Source: Candidatus Woykebacteria bacterium (GTDB lineage: Bacteria > Patescibacteriota > Microgenomatia > Woykebacterales > RBG-16-39-9b). From it: DNA of 64,000 bases. Shown piece after piece: positions 20,307-30,759 of the stretch. The DNA lies in the NCBI GenBank assembly GCA_040876345.1, contig JBBDPM010000006.1, positions 70,803 to 134,802 of the forward strand, read 5' to 3'. Numbering within the stretch: position 1 is the first letter of the stretch; every line of letters starts with the position of its first letter. Below the pieces are notes generated by a model. The model worked only from the letters and a program-made list of their open reading frames with translations. It did no database searches and was not told where the DNA came from. The position numbers and the translations under genes are program-made.

Positions 20307-20980
20307 TAAAAAAAGCGATTGTTTTTGGACATTCGTCAGGACTGGGCAAGGCAATTACTGAATTGTTATTAAAAGAAGATTACGAAATACTTGGTATTGC
20401 TCGCACCAATCTTGAACATGATTCAAAAAATCTCACTAACTTAGTGGCTGATTTGGCTGATTCTAAGGAAGTCGAACGTATTGCCGAAACAATCAAAAAA
20501 CGTTTTGCGCAGTTCGCCGTTCTGATTTATTCCGCGGGAATCCTTTCTGCTCATGACATTGATTATTTGGACCCAAAAACACTTCAGCAAGTTTTTCGCG
20601 TTGACCTTTTCGCACCGATGATTATAGAATCACGTCTTCATAAACTAATTCGTTCCAATGGCGCTGATGTTGTTAACATCACCTCAAGTGCAATCGACGA
20701 CTACTATCCAAAATATGCCGAGTACACTCCCGCGAAAACTGCTTTTGCGAAATTTACTGATGATTTACGTCGCTCTTTGGAAAAAACCCCAGCCCGTGTG
20801 ATAGAAATTCGCCCCGCTGGCTTCGCAAGTAATATTTATGTTCAGATGATCGGTGATAAAGTAGATCGCGATGAGTCGCAAATGATACGGGCCGAGGATC
20901 TAGCCCGATTTATCCTGGATATTCTGAAGCTGCCAAAGCGAATCGAAGTCGGTCGTATCTTCATTAACCGCAAGCCATAA
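20303..20980 (+). CDS. Short-chain dehydrogenase/reductase
   Basis: GHSSGLG, NITSS, YTPAK. Confidence 0.88.
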   Translation: MIKKAIVFGHSSGLGKAITELLLKEDYEILGIARTNLEHDSKNLTNLVADLADSKEVERIAETIKKRFAQFAVLIYSAGILSAHDIDYLDPKTLQQVFRVDLFAPMIIESRLHKLIRSNGADVVNITSSAIDDYYPKYAEYTPAKTAFAKFTDDLRRSLEKTPARVIEIRPAGFASNIYVQMIGDKVDRDESQMIRAEDLARFILDILKLPKRIEVGRIFINRKP

Positions 20981-20994
20981 AACCATTTGAAAAT

Positions 20995-21678
20995 ATGTTC
21001 CAACAAAAAATAAAATTCAAAAATTCCTTGGGTTTAAATCTCTCAGCAATTTTTGAGGGGGAAAGTGAAAAAGATCCATTAGTGGTTCTTTGCCATGGGT
21101 ACAACAGCTCAAAAGATGGCATTTCAGCGGCTAGTTTATCTAAAAAGCTAATCGAAAACGGGTTGTCAGTTTTTAGATTTGATTTTACCGGTAATGGAAA
21201 GTCCGAGGGAAAATTATCTGATCTTACACCTCTACAGGGTTTAGACGACCTCCAATCTGCTGTTTCTCACCTTGGAGTAGAGCACTTTGGCCTTTGTGGC
21301 TCTAATTTTGGAGGCCACGTTGCCCTTATGTATGCTGCTAAAAACCCTGTTCTCGCTCTCGCTTTAAAAGCACCGGTATCCGACTATCTTTGGGTGATAG
21401 GCAAAGAGGAGCCAAGTGGGCGAAGACAAAGATTTATCAAAGTTCTTGAAGGACTCGATATTTACAAGGAAGCCAAAAAGATTAAAGCGCCAGTGCTAAT
21501 AGTTCATGGAGATAAGGACGATGTAGTGCCAGTTGAACAAAGCAAAAAACTTTTCGATTACTTAGGAGGAGAGAAACAACTTGAAATAATCAAGGGCGCC
21601 TCCCACCAATTCCGTGATGACTACTTGGAAAAAGTAAACAACCTAATTGCTGATTTTTTTGAAGAACGGCTAAAGTAA
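20995..21678 (+). CDS. Alpha/beta hydrolase with nucleophile position Ser to Asn
   Basis: CHG, FDFTGNGKSEG, GSNFGG, HGDKDDVVP, GASH. Confidence 0.85.
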   Translation: MFQQKIKFKNSLGLNLSAIFEGESEKDPLVVLCHGYNSSKDGISAASLSKKLIENGLSVFRFDFTGNGKSEGKLSDLTPLQGLDDLQSAVSHLGVEHFGLCGSNFGGHVALMYAAKNPVLALALKAPVSDYLWVIGKEEPSGRRQRFIKVLEGLDIYKEAKKIKAPVLIVHGDKDDVVPVEQSKKLFDYLGGEKQLEIIKGASHQFRDDYLEKVNNLIADFFEERLK

Positions 21679-21777
21679 TCGCATCCCACTTTGACAAACT
21701 AACACCTTTACACCATTTAACTAGTTAGATGAACTACTAACCCTTTTTTTAATTACCAAGGTGGTCGCATATTGGGT

Positions 21778-21806
21778 GGAGGGTGGTAGGTTCCCAACCA
21801 CCCTCC
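21778..21806 (-). terminator. Hairpin at end of UbiA islet
   Basis: GGAGGGTGGT..ACCACCCTCC. Confidence 0.6.
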
Positions 21807-22694
21807 TAGACAACGACGTTCGCTCCCACCCAAGCAGACCAGACTACTAGAGATAGGAACAGGACGTACTTCAAGTTCGTGGCGTGAGACACAGCCTCGT
21901 TTTGTCTTGCAACCCAGACCCGAAGACTCATAATGAGATACAAGACAACGAGTACAAGGAAGGCGATACTCCCCGAGTTGAAAAGGGTGAGACTGATCAG
22001 ACCGGCTATTAAGCTTGTCCCCAGCAGAGACAATGCTGAAATCTGGTAAGAGCGGGTCGCGCCAAACTCAATCGGGAGAGTCCTTTTTCCCAAGTCCCCA
22101 TCGAAGTCCATATCCGCTATGTCCTTCACGATTTCTCGTGAAAACAGAAGCAGTGAGAGCAGGACGCCGGCGAGGACGATGGTCACAAGCCGCTCGGCTG
22201 GTGGGTTCGTAACGATACCAGACGTCAGAGCAACGCTGCACAAGACACTGGTCAGTACGTTTCCCGCCAGACCCGATCTCCTCTTTACCGAGGAGTACGC
22301 GATCACTAATACCGCCACAATCGTGGCAACTGCGACTCCAACGATGCCCAGAAAGAAGGATAGAATGACCCCCCCCCACAATCATCACGTAGGCTTGGAT
22401 CTGGGCCTGACGAGTCGTGATCTCGCCCCTTACGATGGGACGATTTGGGTGGGCTTTTTTGTCGACTTCTAGGTCATAGACGTCATTGAGCGGGTAAACT
22501 GCTGTACCCACTAGTAACACCACCGCCACAGCTATGGCAAGCGACTCCCAGTCCACATTTCCTTCCTGAGCAGAGAGGAAGGAGAGGACGACGGCTGCTG
22601 CCAAAGCAAAGGCGGCCCACAATCGCAGAATACGAATGCGGGCAAGGATCGACTGAAAAGCCGCCCCTGCCAGCAGACTTTCCTGTTTGGCCAC
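21806..22694 (-). pseudogene. UbiA prenyltransferase (DGGGP synthase-like), frameshifted at G9 tract
   Basis: NDVYDLEVDKKAHPNRPI and REIVKDIADMDFD lie in two frames that join if C9 at 22369-22377 were C8. Confidence 0.85.
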
Positions 22695-22852
22695 GGCTCT
22701 ACTCCTTCCTTTGAAACTCTAATACTTACGCCCGGGTAAGTAATATTTGTTATGTTAGCAATGTCGTAGATAATAAGCAATTAAAAGTAGATTTAGGAAA
22801 ATTGGCTGTCTTTTTGTTGACCGGTTAAATTACAAAGAGTAGTATTGGCTCT

Positions 22853-24130
22853 ATGACAGATTCAAGGCCCTTGGCAGATAGAATGCGGCCGCAAACGCTG
22901 GCGGATTTTGTTGGCCAAGAACATCTTGTCGGAAGAGGGAAAATAATCTCTTCACTTTTGAGACAAGATAAAATTCCAAGCTTAATTTTTTGGGGCCCGC
23001 CAGGAAGTGGAAAAACTACTTTAGCCAAAATAATTGCTAATGAGACAAAAAGCGCTTTTGTCTTTTACTCTGCAGCTGAGGTTGGCGTCACCGAAATTAA
23101 AAAGGCTACTAAAGAGGCGGGAGAGAGGTTAGAAAACAGCGCTCAGAAGACCATACTCTGTATTGACGAGATTCACCGCTGGAACAAATCCCAACAAGCT
23201 TATCTCCTGCCACATGTGGAGGACGGGACTGTAATTTTAATCGGCGCCACTACTGAAAATCCATCTTTCGAGGTGATCGGCCCCTTACTATCTAGAAGTA
23301 AAGTGCTACTTCTAAACCGCCTTGAAGAAAAAGACATTAAAGAAATAGTCGAGGGAGCCCTGAAAAACAAAGAAAAAGGACTGGGCAAAGAGAAAATAAA
23401 AGTTGATAATGATGCGTCCCGAATTCTTCTTGAATCCTCCAATGGCGACGCTCGGGCCGCCCTTAACGCTTTGGAGATAGCAGCTGACCTTACCCACGCA
23501 AAGGACGGAGTGAAGTTGATAAATCGCGAAAAAGTGGCCCAAGCCTTTGGCTCCAAAAGGCTTCTTTTTGATAAAGCTGGGGAAGAACACTACAACACAA
23601 TATCGGCTTTTATAAAATCTATTCGGGGCTCCAGCCCCGATGGAGCAATTTATTATTTGGCCAGACTCCTGGAAGCGGGGGAGGATCCTGAGTTTATTGC
23701 CAGACGCATGGTAATTTCTGCTTCCGAAGACGTCGGCAATGCCGATCCTAAAGCTTTGCAGTTAACCGTAGCCGCTGCCCACGCTCTGCAATTTGTCGGT
23801 TTGCCAGAGGCCGCTTTAAACTTGGCCCAAGCAGCAACTTATCTAGCTAGTGCTCCAAAATCCAACGCTTCCTATCTAGCCATGAAAAAAGCCAAGGGGG
23901 ACGTAAGACACACCCTTAATGAGCCTGTGCCACTACATCTAAGAAATTCGGTAACACCTCTTATGGCCAAGGTTGGCTATGGAAAAGGCTACAAGTACGC
24001 CCATGATTTTGAAGGGGGTTGGGTGCCTCAAGAATTCCTACCGGAAAAACTGAAAGGAAGAAAATACTACGAGCCCAAAGAGATTGGGTATGAGAAATAT
24101 ATAAAAGAGCATTTGGAAAAGCTGCGCTAG
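22853..24130 (+). CDS. rarA: Replication-associated recombination protein A
   Basis: PLADRMRP, GPPGSGKTT, DEIHR, GATTENP, SEDVGNADP, PKSNA. Confidence 0.96.
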   Translation: MTDSRPLADRMRPQTLADFVGQEHLVGRGKIISSLLRQDKIPSLIFWGPPGSGKTTLAKIIANETKSAFVFYSAAEVGVTEIKKATKEAGERLENSAQKTILCIDEIHRWNKSQQAYLLPHVEDGTVILIGATTENPSFEVIGPLLSRSKVLLLNRLEEKDIKEIVEGALKNKEKGLGKEKIKVDNDASRILLESSNGDARAALNALEIAADLTHAKDGVKLINREKVAQAFGSKRLLFDKAGEEHYNTISAFIKSIRGSSPDGAIYYLARLLEAGEDPEFIARRMVISASEDVGNADPKALQLTVAAAHALQFVGLPEAALNLAQAATYLASAPKSNASYLAMKKAKGDVRHTLNEPVPLHLRNSVTPLMAKVGYGKGYKYAHDFEGGWVPQEFLPEKLKGRKYYEPKEIGYEKYIKEHLEKLR

Positions 24131-24176
24131 TCTTTAGATATTGACAGACGATAATTTTTAAAGTAATTTTGAAGCA

Positions 24177-24563
24177 ATGTTTCTGCTCGTCTCTTGGATA
24201 ATTAACGCCATCGCCCTTTACGTAACGGTAGCACTTGTCCCCGGAATTGATGTGGACAAGACTTCGACTTTGATTCTTGCCGCCCTTGTTGTCGGTCTAG
24301 TAAACACTTTAATTAAACCAATCGTCCAAATCATTTCTTTACCAATAACAATTCTGACTTTTGGTATTTTTGCCCTAGTAGTAAATGCCGCCATGCTGGG
24401 GTTAGCCGCCGCTCTTGTACCTGGATTTGGTATTGATGGGTTTCTCTCTGCCTTTTTAGGAGCGATTGTCTTATCGATCATCAGCGCAATCCTGAATTCT
24501 TTCCTAAAATCAAACAAAGTTAATCATTCCGCGCCATACCCAAACCCAAGCTCAAACGAGTGA
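24177..24563 (+). CDS. YvlD/phage holin family 4 membrane protein
   Basis: GLVNTLIKP..SLPITILTFGIF..VNA. Confidence 0.88.
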   Translation: MFLLVSWIINAIALYVTVALVPGIDVDKTSTLILAALVVGLVNTLIKPIVQIISLPITILTFGIFALVVNAAMLGLAAALVPGFGIDGFLSAFLGAIVLSIISAILNSFLKSNKVNHSAPYPNPSSNE

Positions 24564-24602
24564 TTGACAAAGACTCCACCCTTTGTCATATTATTAATCT
24601 CC

Positions 24603-25436
24603 ATGGGATCTTCTTTCTTAATAACACTGCGCGAAGGCGTTGAAGCTGCTTTAATAGTAGCCATTGTTCTTGCGTATCTTCGGACTATAAAAAGGACTGA
24701 TCAGTTTAAATTTGTTTATATAGGAGCTGTCCTTGGTGTTTTAGTTTCTTTGCTAGCGGCAGTAATAATATTTATATTCATTGGAGGCCTTGAAGGAAGA
24801 GCTGAACAAATTACTGAGGGGATAGTTAGTGTCGCCGCTGCCGGGGTATTAACATGGATGATATTTTGGATGAAAAAACAATCCCGAACAATCGGTCAGG
24901 ACTTGCGAAATAGAGTAGACAGAGCCTTAACAAGTGGGGTGGCCTTTGGAGTAACCTCGGTGGTTTTCGTTGGCGTGCTTCGCGAAGGAATAGAGACAAG
25001 CCTTTTTCTAGTGGCGGTTTTTCTCGGCAGTAATTTATTAACTTCTGGTCTCGGAGCAATGCTTGGACTTTTGGCCGCGGTCTTAATTGGCGTTGCTTTC
25101 TACACGGGAAGTAAAAAAATTAACATCAAACTTTTTTTCCAATTAACTGGGGCTTTTGTGATAATAGTAGCCGCCGGCCTTCTATCAAAGGGTGTCCATG
25201 AATTCCAAGAAGCCGGCCTAATTAATTTTTACTCCTGGACCGCTTGGGACTTAACTAGCCTTCCAATAATTGGGGAGGGACAAATTTCCGAGTTTATGAA
25301 AAGCCTTGTTGGCTGGACGCCAACCCCATCTGCTGGTCAAGCACTGGCTTGGACCGTGTATCTCACCACAACTACATTACTATTCTATTCAAGTAAAGAC
25401 TTTCTCCAAAGACTCTCTACCAACAAAGACAGGTGA
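24603..25436 (+). CDS. FTR1/EfeU iron permease
   Basis: Two RExxE motifs (REGVE, REGIE). Confidence 0.92.
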   Translation: MGSSFLITLREGVEAALIVAIVLAYLRTIKRTDQFKFVYIGAVLGVLVSLLAAVIIFIFIGGLEGRAEQITEGIVSVAAAGVLTWMIFWMKKQSRTIGQDLRNRVDRALTSGVAFGVTSVVFVGVLREGIETSLFLVAVFLGSNLLTSGLGAMLGLLAAVLIGVAFYTGSKKINIKLFFQLTGAFVIIVAAGLLSKGVHEFQEAGLINFYSWTAWDLTSLPIIGEGQISEFMKSLVGWTPTPSAGQALAWTVYLTTTTLLFYSSKDFLQRLSTNKDR

Positions 25437-25463
25437 GATTAGTCAATCGGGGTTTATATAATC

Positions 25464-27326
25464 CTATTTACCGTTTGAATCAGGGGCGTGAGTAAGGCCA
25501 AGCTCTTTAAACTTATCAAACTCTGGCTCAATCTTTTCTCCTTTTACCGGTATGCTAAAACTAAAAGTACTGCCGACCCCAGGAGTTGACTCTACCCAGA
25601 TTTTTCCTTTATGCATCTCCACAATTGCCTTAGATATGTAAAGCCCAAGACCAGTGCCTTTAGATCCTTGTTCAAGAACACCTGAGACTCTAAAGAATTT
25701 GGTGAAAAGTTTGGGTAGGGCATCAGGTGGTATCCCTTCCCCAGTATCTTTAACATAGGTAACTACGTGATCTCCATCAAGACCGGAGGATACTTCAACG
25801 CTTCCACCGGCCTCAGTGTGAGTAAGGGCATTATCAATTAGATTGTACAAGACTTCACTAATTCTAAATTTGTCGACGTAAATTTTTGGTAATTTTTTTT
25901 CTGGGGTCTTAAAATATATATCGATCTCTCTTCCTTTAGCCCTGACGAGATAAGTGGTTACAATGCTTGAAACAAGTTCCTCCCAATCGACGGAGGATTT
26001 TTCAAGCTGCATTGCTCCTCTTTCAATCCGAGAAACTGACAAAAGATTTTCCACTAGAGCCTCAAGTTGATTAGATGAGATAAAGGCTTTATCTAAGAAA
26101 GAGCTCTGTTCTTCACTAATCTTGCCTTTTACCTCTTCCTGAAGTACCGAAAGATAGCCTCTAATTGAAGTGAGGGGGGTACGAAGTTCGTGGGCAGCGA
26201 TTGAGACAAAATCAAGTTTCATTTGTTCGAATTCTTCCTCTTTAGCTAAGTTCCGGGCTAAACCAACGATAGAGATAAGCCCACCAATATCCTTCAAAGA
26301 AACCCCTGAGAAACTGACAGGTACCGTTTTCCCTTCCTTAGTTTTAAACTTTGTTTTAAAATTTAAAACTAAGTCTTTTTCCCGCAAAGGCTTAAGTACA
26401 ACTTCCCTAAAATCGTTCCAAGTCTCATCATCTGGCATAATTCTTTGAATGTTTGCTCCAATAAGTTCATTCTTTTTCAGGCCGATTAGATCAATGGTGG
26501 CTTTATTAACTTGTTCAATTAATTGATTGGGCCGAATAACTAAAAGGGCTTCGGAGATAGTGTCGATAATTGTGCTGGCAGCAAGAGTAGGACTGACAAC
26601 AAATAAGCTGTAGCGAATTATTGTGTAGGTGACGCTAATAGTCATCGCCGTTGTCAGAATTATTGCAATTGGCACTATTTGAATTCCAAGGATTGGAAAA
26701 ATTGCATCGGTGAAAATTCCGCCAATAATAGGGATTAAAAAAGCACCCATTATAAAAAGAGCCTGTCTTCTTTTAATTAAGTCACTCGCACCTAAGTAAA
26801 ACCTTGTTAAAAGCACAACTGAGGCCGTTAAAAATAAAATAAATAAGAGAGTGAATACTTCAAAAAAGCTACCAAGAGGGGTAATACTCCATCCGTAATA
26901 AACTCGATGATGAGCCGAAATATCGTTATTTATTATAAGGTTAGTATTCCAAGAAAAAAACAATACTAGTATAAATGGGCCAAAGATAAGAAGTTGATTA
27001 AATCTATTTTTCAAAATATTTTCTTGCCCGACAAAATGTAAAGCAAAGCCGAAAAGCACCGGGGTAACTAAAATCCACCCCGGCCTGCCTACATAATCCC
27101 AAAAAAGTGAAGCGATTTGACTAGCACTGTTGCGATCTAAAAATTCTGAGATTCCCCAGATAATAAGAAGTATAAGAACTAAGATGAACCAATTAGTAGA
27201 TTCATTCTTTGGACCTTTTGCCCGAACTAAAACTAGGAGAAATAGGTTAATTATTACCGAAAGAAGAGAGGTTAGGGAAAACACGTTCCACTGAAAATCG
27301 AAAATTAGGGAAAGGTCAGTAAACAT
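25464..27326 (-). CDS. Sensor histidine kinase (7TM-PAS-HisKA-HATPase)
   Basis: AHELRTPL, NLIDNA, DTGEG, GTGLGL. Confidence 0.93.
   Translation of the reverse strand: MFTDLSLIFDFQWNVFSLTSLLSVIINLFLLVLVRAKGPKNESTNWFILVLILLIIWGISEFLDRNSASQIASLFWDYVGRPGWILVTPVLFGFALHFVGQENILKNRFNQLLIFGPFILVLFFSWNTNLIINNDISAHHRVYYGWSITPLGSFFEVFTLLFILFLTASVVLLTRFYLGASDLIKRRQALFIMGAFLIPIIGGIFTDAIFPILGIQIVPIAIILTTAMTISVTYTIIRYSLFVVSPTLAASTIIDTISEALLVIRPNQLIEQVNKATIDLIGLKKNELIGANIQRIMPDDETWNDFREVVLKPLREKDLVLNFKTKFKTKEGKTVPVSFSGVSLKDIGGLISIVGLARNLAKEEEFEQMKLDFVSIAAHELRTPLTSIRGYLSVLQEEVKGKISEEQSSFLDKAFISSNQLEALVENLLSVSRIERGAMQLEKSSVDWEELVSSIVTTYLVRAKGREIDIYFKTPEKKLPKIYVDKFRISEVLYNLIDNALTHTEAGGSVEVSSGLDGDHVVTYVKDTGEGIPPDALPKLFTKFFRVSGVLEQGSKGTGLGLYISKAIVEMHKGKIWVESTPGVGSTFSFSIPVKGEKIEPEFDKFKELGLTHAPDSNGK
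25630..25714. repeat. 85-bp perfect direct repeat, copy 1
   Basis: Identical to 27569-27653. Confidence 0.9.
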
Positions 27327-27363
27327 TATCTAATTAAATGATATCAATTAATATACTTAAAAT

Positions 27364-29661
27364 CTAGGAAGCTTTTTTACCGTTTTTGACAAAACTTCTT
27401 TTGACCCTTGGAGCAAGAACTAACGCCCCTGATGCAGCTGGCAAAGTCTCCTTAGACTCCCCAACACTAGATTCTTCTGCTTTTAGCGGAATGCTAAAGC
27501 TAAAAGTACTGCCCTTACCAAGGGTGGATTTTACCCAAATTCGGCCTGAGTGCATCTCAACAATTGCTTTAGATATGTAAAGCCCAAGACCAGTGCCTTT
27601 AGATCCTTGTTCAAGAACACCTGAGACTCTAAAGAATTTGGTGAAAAGTTTGGAAAGGGCTTCTTCAGGTATACCTTGACCAGTGTCTCCAACACTGGTT
27701 ACTAGATCTCCACCTTTAACTTCGATAGTCACCGTTACTTTTCCGCCCGGGCCCGTATAACTAAGAGCGTTGCCGATCAAATTGGAAAGAACTTCACCCA
27801 TCCTGAATTTATCGGCAAGGGCCGCCACACCTTTTTCCTTTTCTTGTACGAACTCAAGAGTGATACCTTTCTGTCTTGCTTGATCTAAATAGTTAGTGAC
27901 CACCTCGTTCACAAGTTCAACCCAATCAACAGAGCTTTTTTGAACTTTCATTCTGCCTCTTTCAATTCTGGAGACCGACAAGAGATTTTCCACCAAACCG
28001 GCAAGTTGGGTTGAAGAAATAAACGCCTTACTCAAAAATGAAAGCTGCTCCTCACTCACCTTGCCTCTAATTTCTTCCTGAAGAACAGAGAGGTACCCCC
28101 TAATTGAAGTTAAAGGCGTTCTAAGCTCGTGTGCTGCCATAGAAACAAAGTCTAGTTTCATCTCTTCAAGCTCATGTTCTTGCGATACATCGTGCATAGT
28201 AACTATTGCCCCCAAATCTATATCTTCGTTCTCCGCGATTGTGGATACAGTCAAATCAACGTAAAATGGGCTACCGTCTCTTTTAACCACCTTAATATTC
28301 TTCTTGGTAGCAAGTATTCGATCTTCAGCAACCCTTTCTCTCGGCAGAAGATCTAATATTGAAAGTCGATTTTCTCCTTCAACCATGTAGATAACTTCGT
28401 CGGCTCCTTTTCCTAAAACTTTATCTTGATCAATTTCCAGCTGCCTCTCCATGGACGGGCTAAAAAGCACTAATCTTCCTCCTTTATCCACCGCAAAAAC
28501 CCCATCAACAATTCCACCCAAAGTAACTCCCATCTTGTTTCTCTCGGCGGTTATGCGATTTATCAGTTTTCTCACTTCTCGTATGTCCCTGGCTAAACCA
28601 ACAATCCCTAGAAGATGGCCTTTATCTAAGAGTGACGTTGCCGAAAAACTAACCGGTATTCGGATACCTCCTTTTGTTTTAAAATCTATTTCCAAACCAG
28701 CAACCGATCCTTTTCTCTTAAGGGGTACTAAAACTCTTTTTAAAAACTTATCCCAAGACTCAACATCGGGAATTATCCAGCGCACATTTTTTCCTAAAAG
28801 CTCACTTTCTTTAAACCCAAGAAGAGACAGGATTGATCTATTTACCTGCTCAATTGTGTGATAAGGACCAATAACTAACAAAGCTTCTGACATCGTGTCG
28901 ATTATGGTATCTGAGGTAACTTTGGGACTGATGACAAAGAGAGAGTATTTAACAATTCCATAGGTCATTATGATGCTAAGAGCTGAGGTGAAAAGGATTG
29001 CCACCGGCAAAACTTCAATCCCCAATATAGGCAAAAATGCATCGGTGAGTGAGCCGCCAACAATAGGTATTAAAAGGGCCACTATTGTGGTTAGTGTTTG
29101 TTTCTTCCTTATTGGGTCAGTGGTTTTAAAATAAAATCTGGTCAGTAAGGCCAGGGAGCCAATTAGAAAAGCCTCCAGCCAAACTATAAAAACCCAAAAG
29201 TAGTCGGCCACCGGGGAAATATTCCATCCCCAAGGACTTCTGCCGATATCAGAAAGGTGGTTGTTAGATATTAAATTAGTATTCCAAGAAAGAAATAGAA
29301 ACAAACAAGGCGGGCCAAAAATAAGAATTTGAGCCAATTTGTTCTTTAAAAGGGCCTCTTTTCCGATAAAATTCAGCGTAAAACCAAAAACTAAGGTAGG
29401 AATAAAAATCCATCCGGGCCGACCAAGATACCCCCAGAAAAGTGACGCTTGCGGACTCGCGCTAAGGCGATCTAGAAATTCTGAAGCACCCCATAAAATA
29501 AGAGCAAGGAGAAAGACGGTGAACCAATTATTTGCTTCACTCCTTGCCCCCTTGGTTTGAACCCAAATTAGCAAAGTCAGGTTAATTATAATTGCCGAAA
29601 GTGAAAAAAGGGCAAAATAATTAAACCTAAAATCAATTATCAGGGCAAGGTTTTCAAACAT
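27364..29661 (-). CDS. Sensor histidine kinase (7TM-2xPAS-HisKA-HATPase), paralog
   Basis: Same motifs with one extra PAS domain. Confidence 0.93.
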   Translation of the reverse strand: MFENLALIIDFRFNYFALFSLSAIIINLTLLIWVQTKGARSEANNWFTVFLLALILWGASEFLDRLSASPQASLFWGYLGRPGWIFIPTLVFGFTLNFIGKEALLKNKLAQILIFGPPCLFLFLSWNTNLISNNHLSDIGRSPWGWNISPVADYFWVFIVWLEAFLIGSLALLTRFYFKTTDPIRKKQTLTTIVALLIPIVGGSLTDAFLPILGIEVLPVAILFTSALSIIMTYGIVKYSLFVISPKVTSDTIIDTMSEALLVIGPYHTIEQVNRSILSLLGFKESELLGKNVRWIIPDVESWDKFLKRVLVPLKRKGSVAGLEIDFKTKGGIRIPVSFSATSLLDKGHLLGIVGLARDIREVRKLINRITAERNKMGVTLGGIVDGVFAVDKGGRLVLFSPSMERQLEIDQDKVLGKGADEVIYMVEGENRLSILDLLPRERVAEDRILATKKNIKVVKRDGSPFYVDLTVSTIAENEDIDLGAIVTMHDVSQEHELEEMKLDFVSMAAHELRTPLTSIRGYLSVLQEEIRGKVSEEQLSFLSKAFISSTQLAGLVENLLSVSRIERGRMKVQKSSVDWVELVNEVVTNYLDQARQKGITLEFVQEKEKGVAALADKFRMGEVLSNLIGNALSYTGPGGKVTVTIEVKGGDLVTSVGDTGQGIPEEALSKLFTKFFRVSGVLEQGSKGTGLGLYISKAIVEMHSGRIWVKSTLGKGSTFSFSIPLKAEESSVGESKETLPAASGALVLAPRVKRSFVKNGKKAS
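27569..27653. repeat. 85-bp perfect direct repeat, copy 2
   Basis: Identical to 25630-25714. Confidence 0.9.
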
Positions 29662-29798
29662 GATCTGAGTTTATTTTAGCAATTTCTAGGGGAAAAATAA
29701 ATATGCCTAAGTTGACCAGTTACCCAAAAGGTGTATTATATTTTTACAGGACAGGATCGCTCACACCAGCTCGTTTCGGGAGCAGGGAGGTGATACCG

Positions 29799-30580
29799 AT
29801 GACCCAAAGCAGTCCGGAACCCATAATTCGGGTAGCGCATAACTTTTCGATGGCGAGAGAGTTAACCCAACGTACGCTTGAGCTTTCACCACTGCGAGCT
29901 CTCTCTGCGGCGTTCAGCCTGAGCAGTACGCTTGGCAGTTGGGAACTTTCGATGAGCATTCCGGCCTTGCGATGCCAAGCGTAACGGTCGCTCCGATCGA
30001 AGCACAAGCGCTCCGCCACGGTTTTCTCCCAATACCCTCAGGCATTGTGAATAACGTCGGCTGCCCAGACCAAACTGCCGACCGCCTCGCATTGATCACG
30101 CGCTGGGCTGTGTCCTTAACAGGCAAACCAATCTGCTACTCAGGCCACAGTCTAGGAGGCTTAATTGCCAAGGCGGTGAGCAGACGTGTTCCACAAGGCT
30201 ACGTGTCTGGAGTCGTCTCTATGGGAACACCTATGAGTGATGTTTGCGTGAACCCACTAATGGATCAGGCAACCATGATCCTAGGGCTCGCGAACGAACT
30301 TGCGTTGGCAAGAAGTGGATGTTTCCGAGGAACGTGTGGATGTCGTTTCGTCGATGATGCACGAAGTGATCTACTCGACGATGTGACGTACTTCTCCTTC
30401 TTCACGAGAGACGACCAAGTTGTCGAACCCGAGGGCTGCCTACTACCGGAAAGCCACAACTGTCAAAACATCGAGGTGGCGGGGACACACTCTGGGCTAC
30501 CGGATAACCCCCAGGTGCTGGCTCAATTACCAACAGTTCTCGCAGCAATCTTCCAAAGAAGACCTAGGATAACCGCCTGA
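29799..30580 (+). pseudogene. Lipase/esterase (alpha/beta hydrolase), 1-nt frameshift near 29963
   Basis: SD GGGAGGTGA before ATG 29799; one added G restores IPGLA upstream of GHSLGG..D..H. Confidence 0.7.
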
Positions 30581-30759
30581 CCTTGTGCATGCGTGGGGTT
30601 AGGCGGTTCGCATTTATCTAATCTTTAGTTAGTATTGAAAAATGAGATCAGATTTACCCGAGATGAGGTTTAGATATGATAATATCCCAAAATATCATAC
30701 CACATCAGTAAACTCCCCTGCAGACTTTAACTGACTAACCACTAGAATAGATATCTTGT

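Noticed and set aside
24177-24563. Holin-family gene as a prophage marker
   Set aside because: YvlD-type genes are common on chromosomes and no phage genes are nearby
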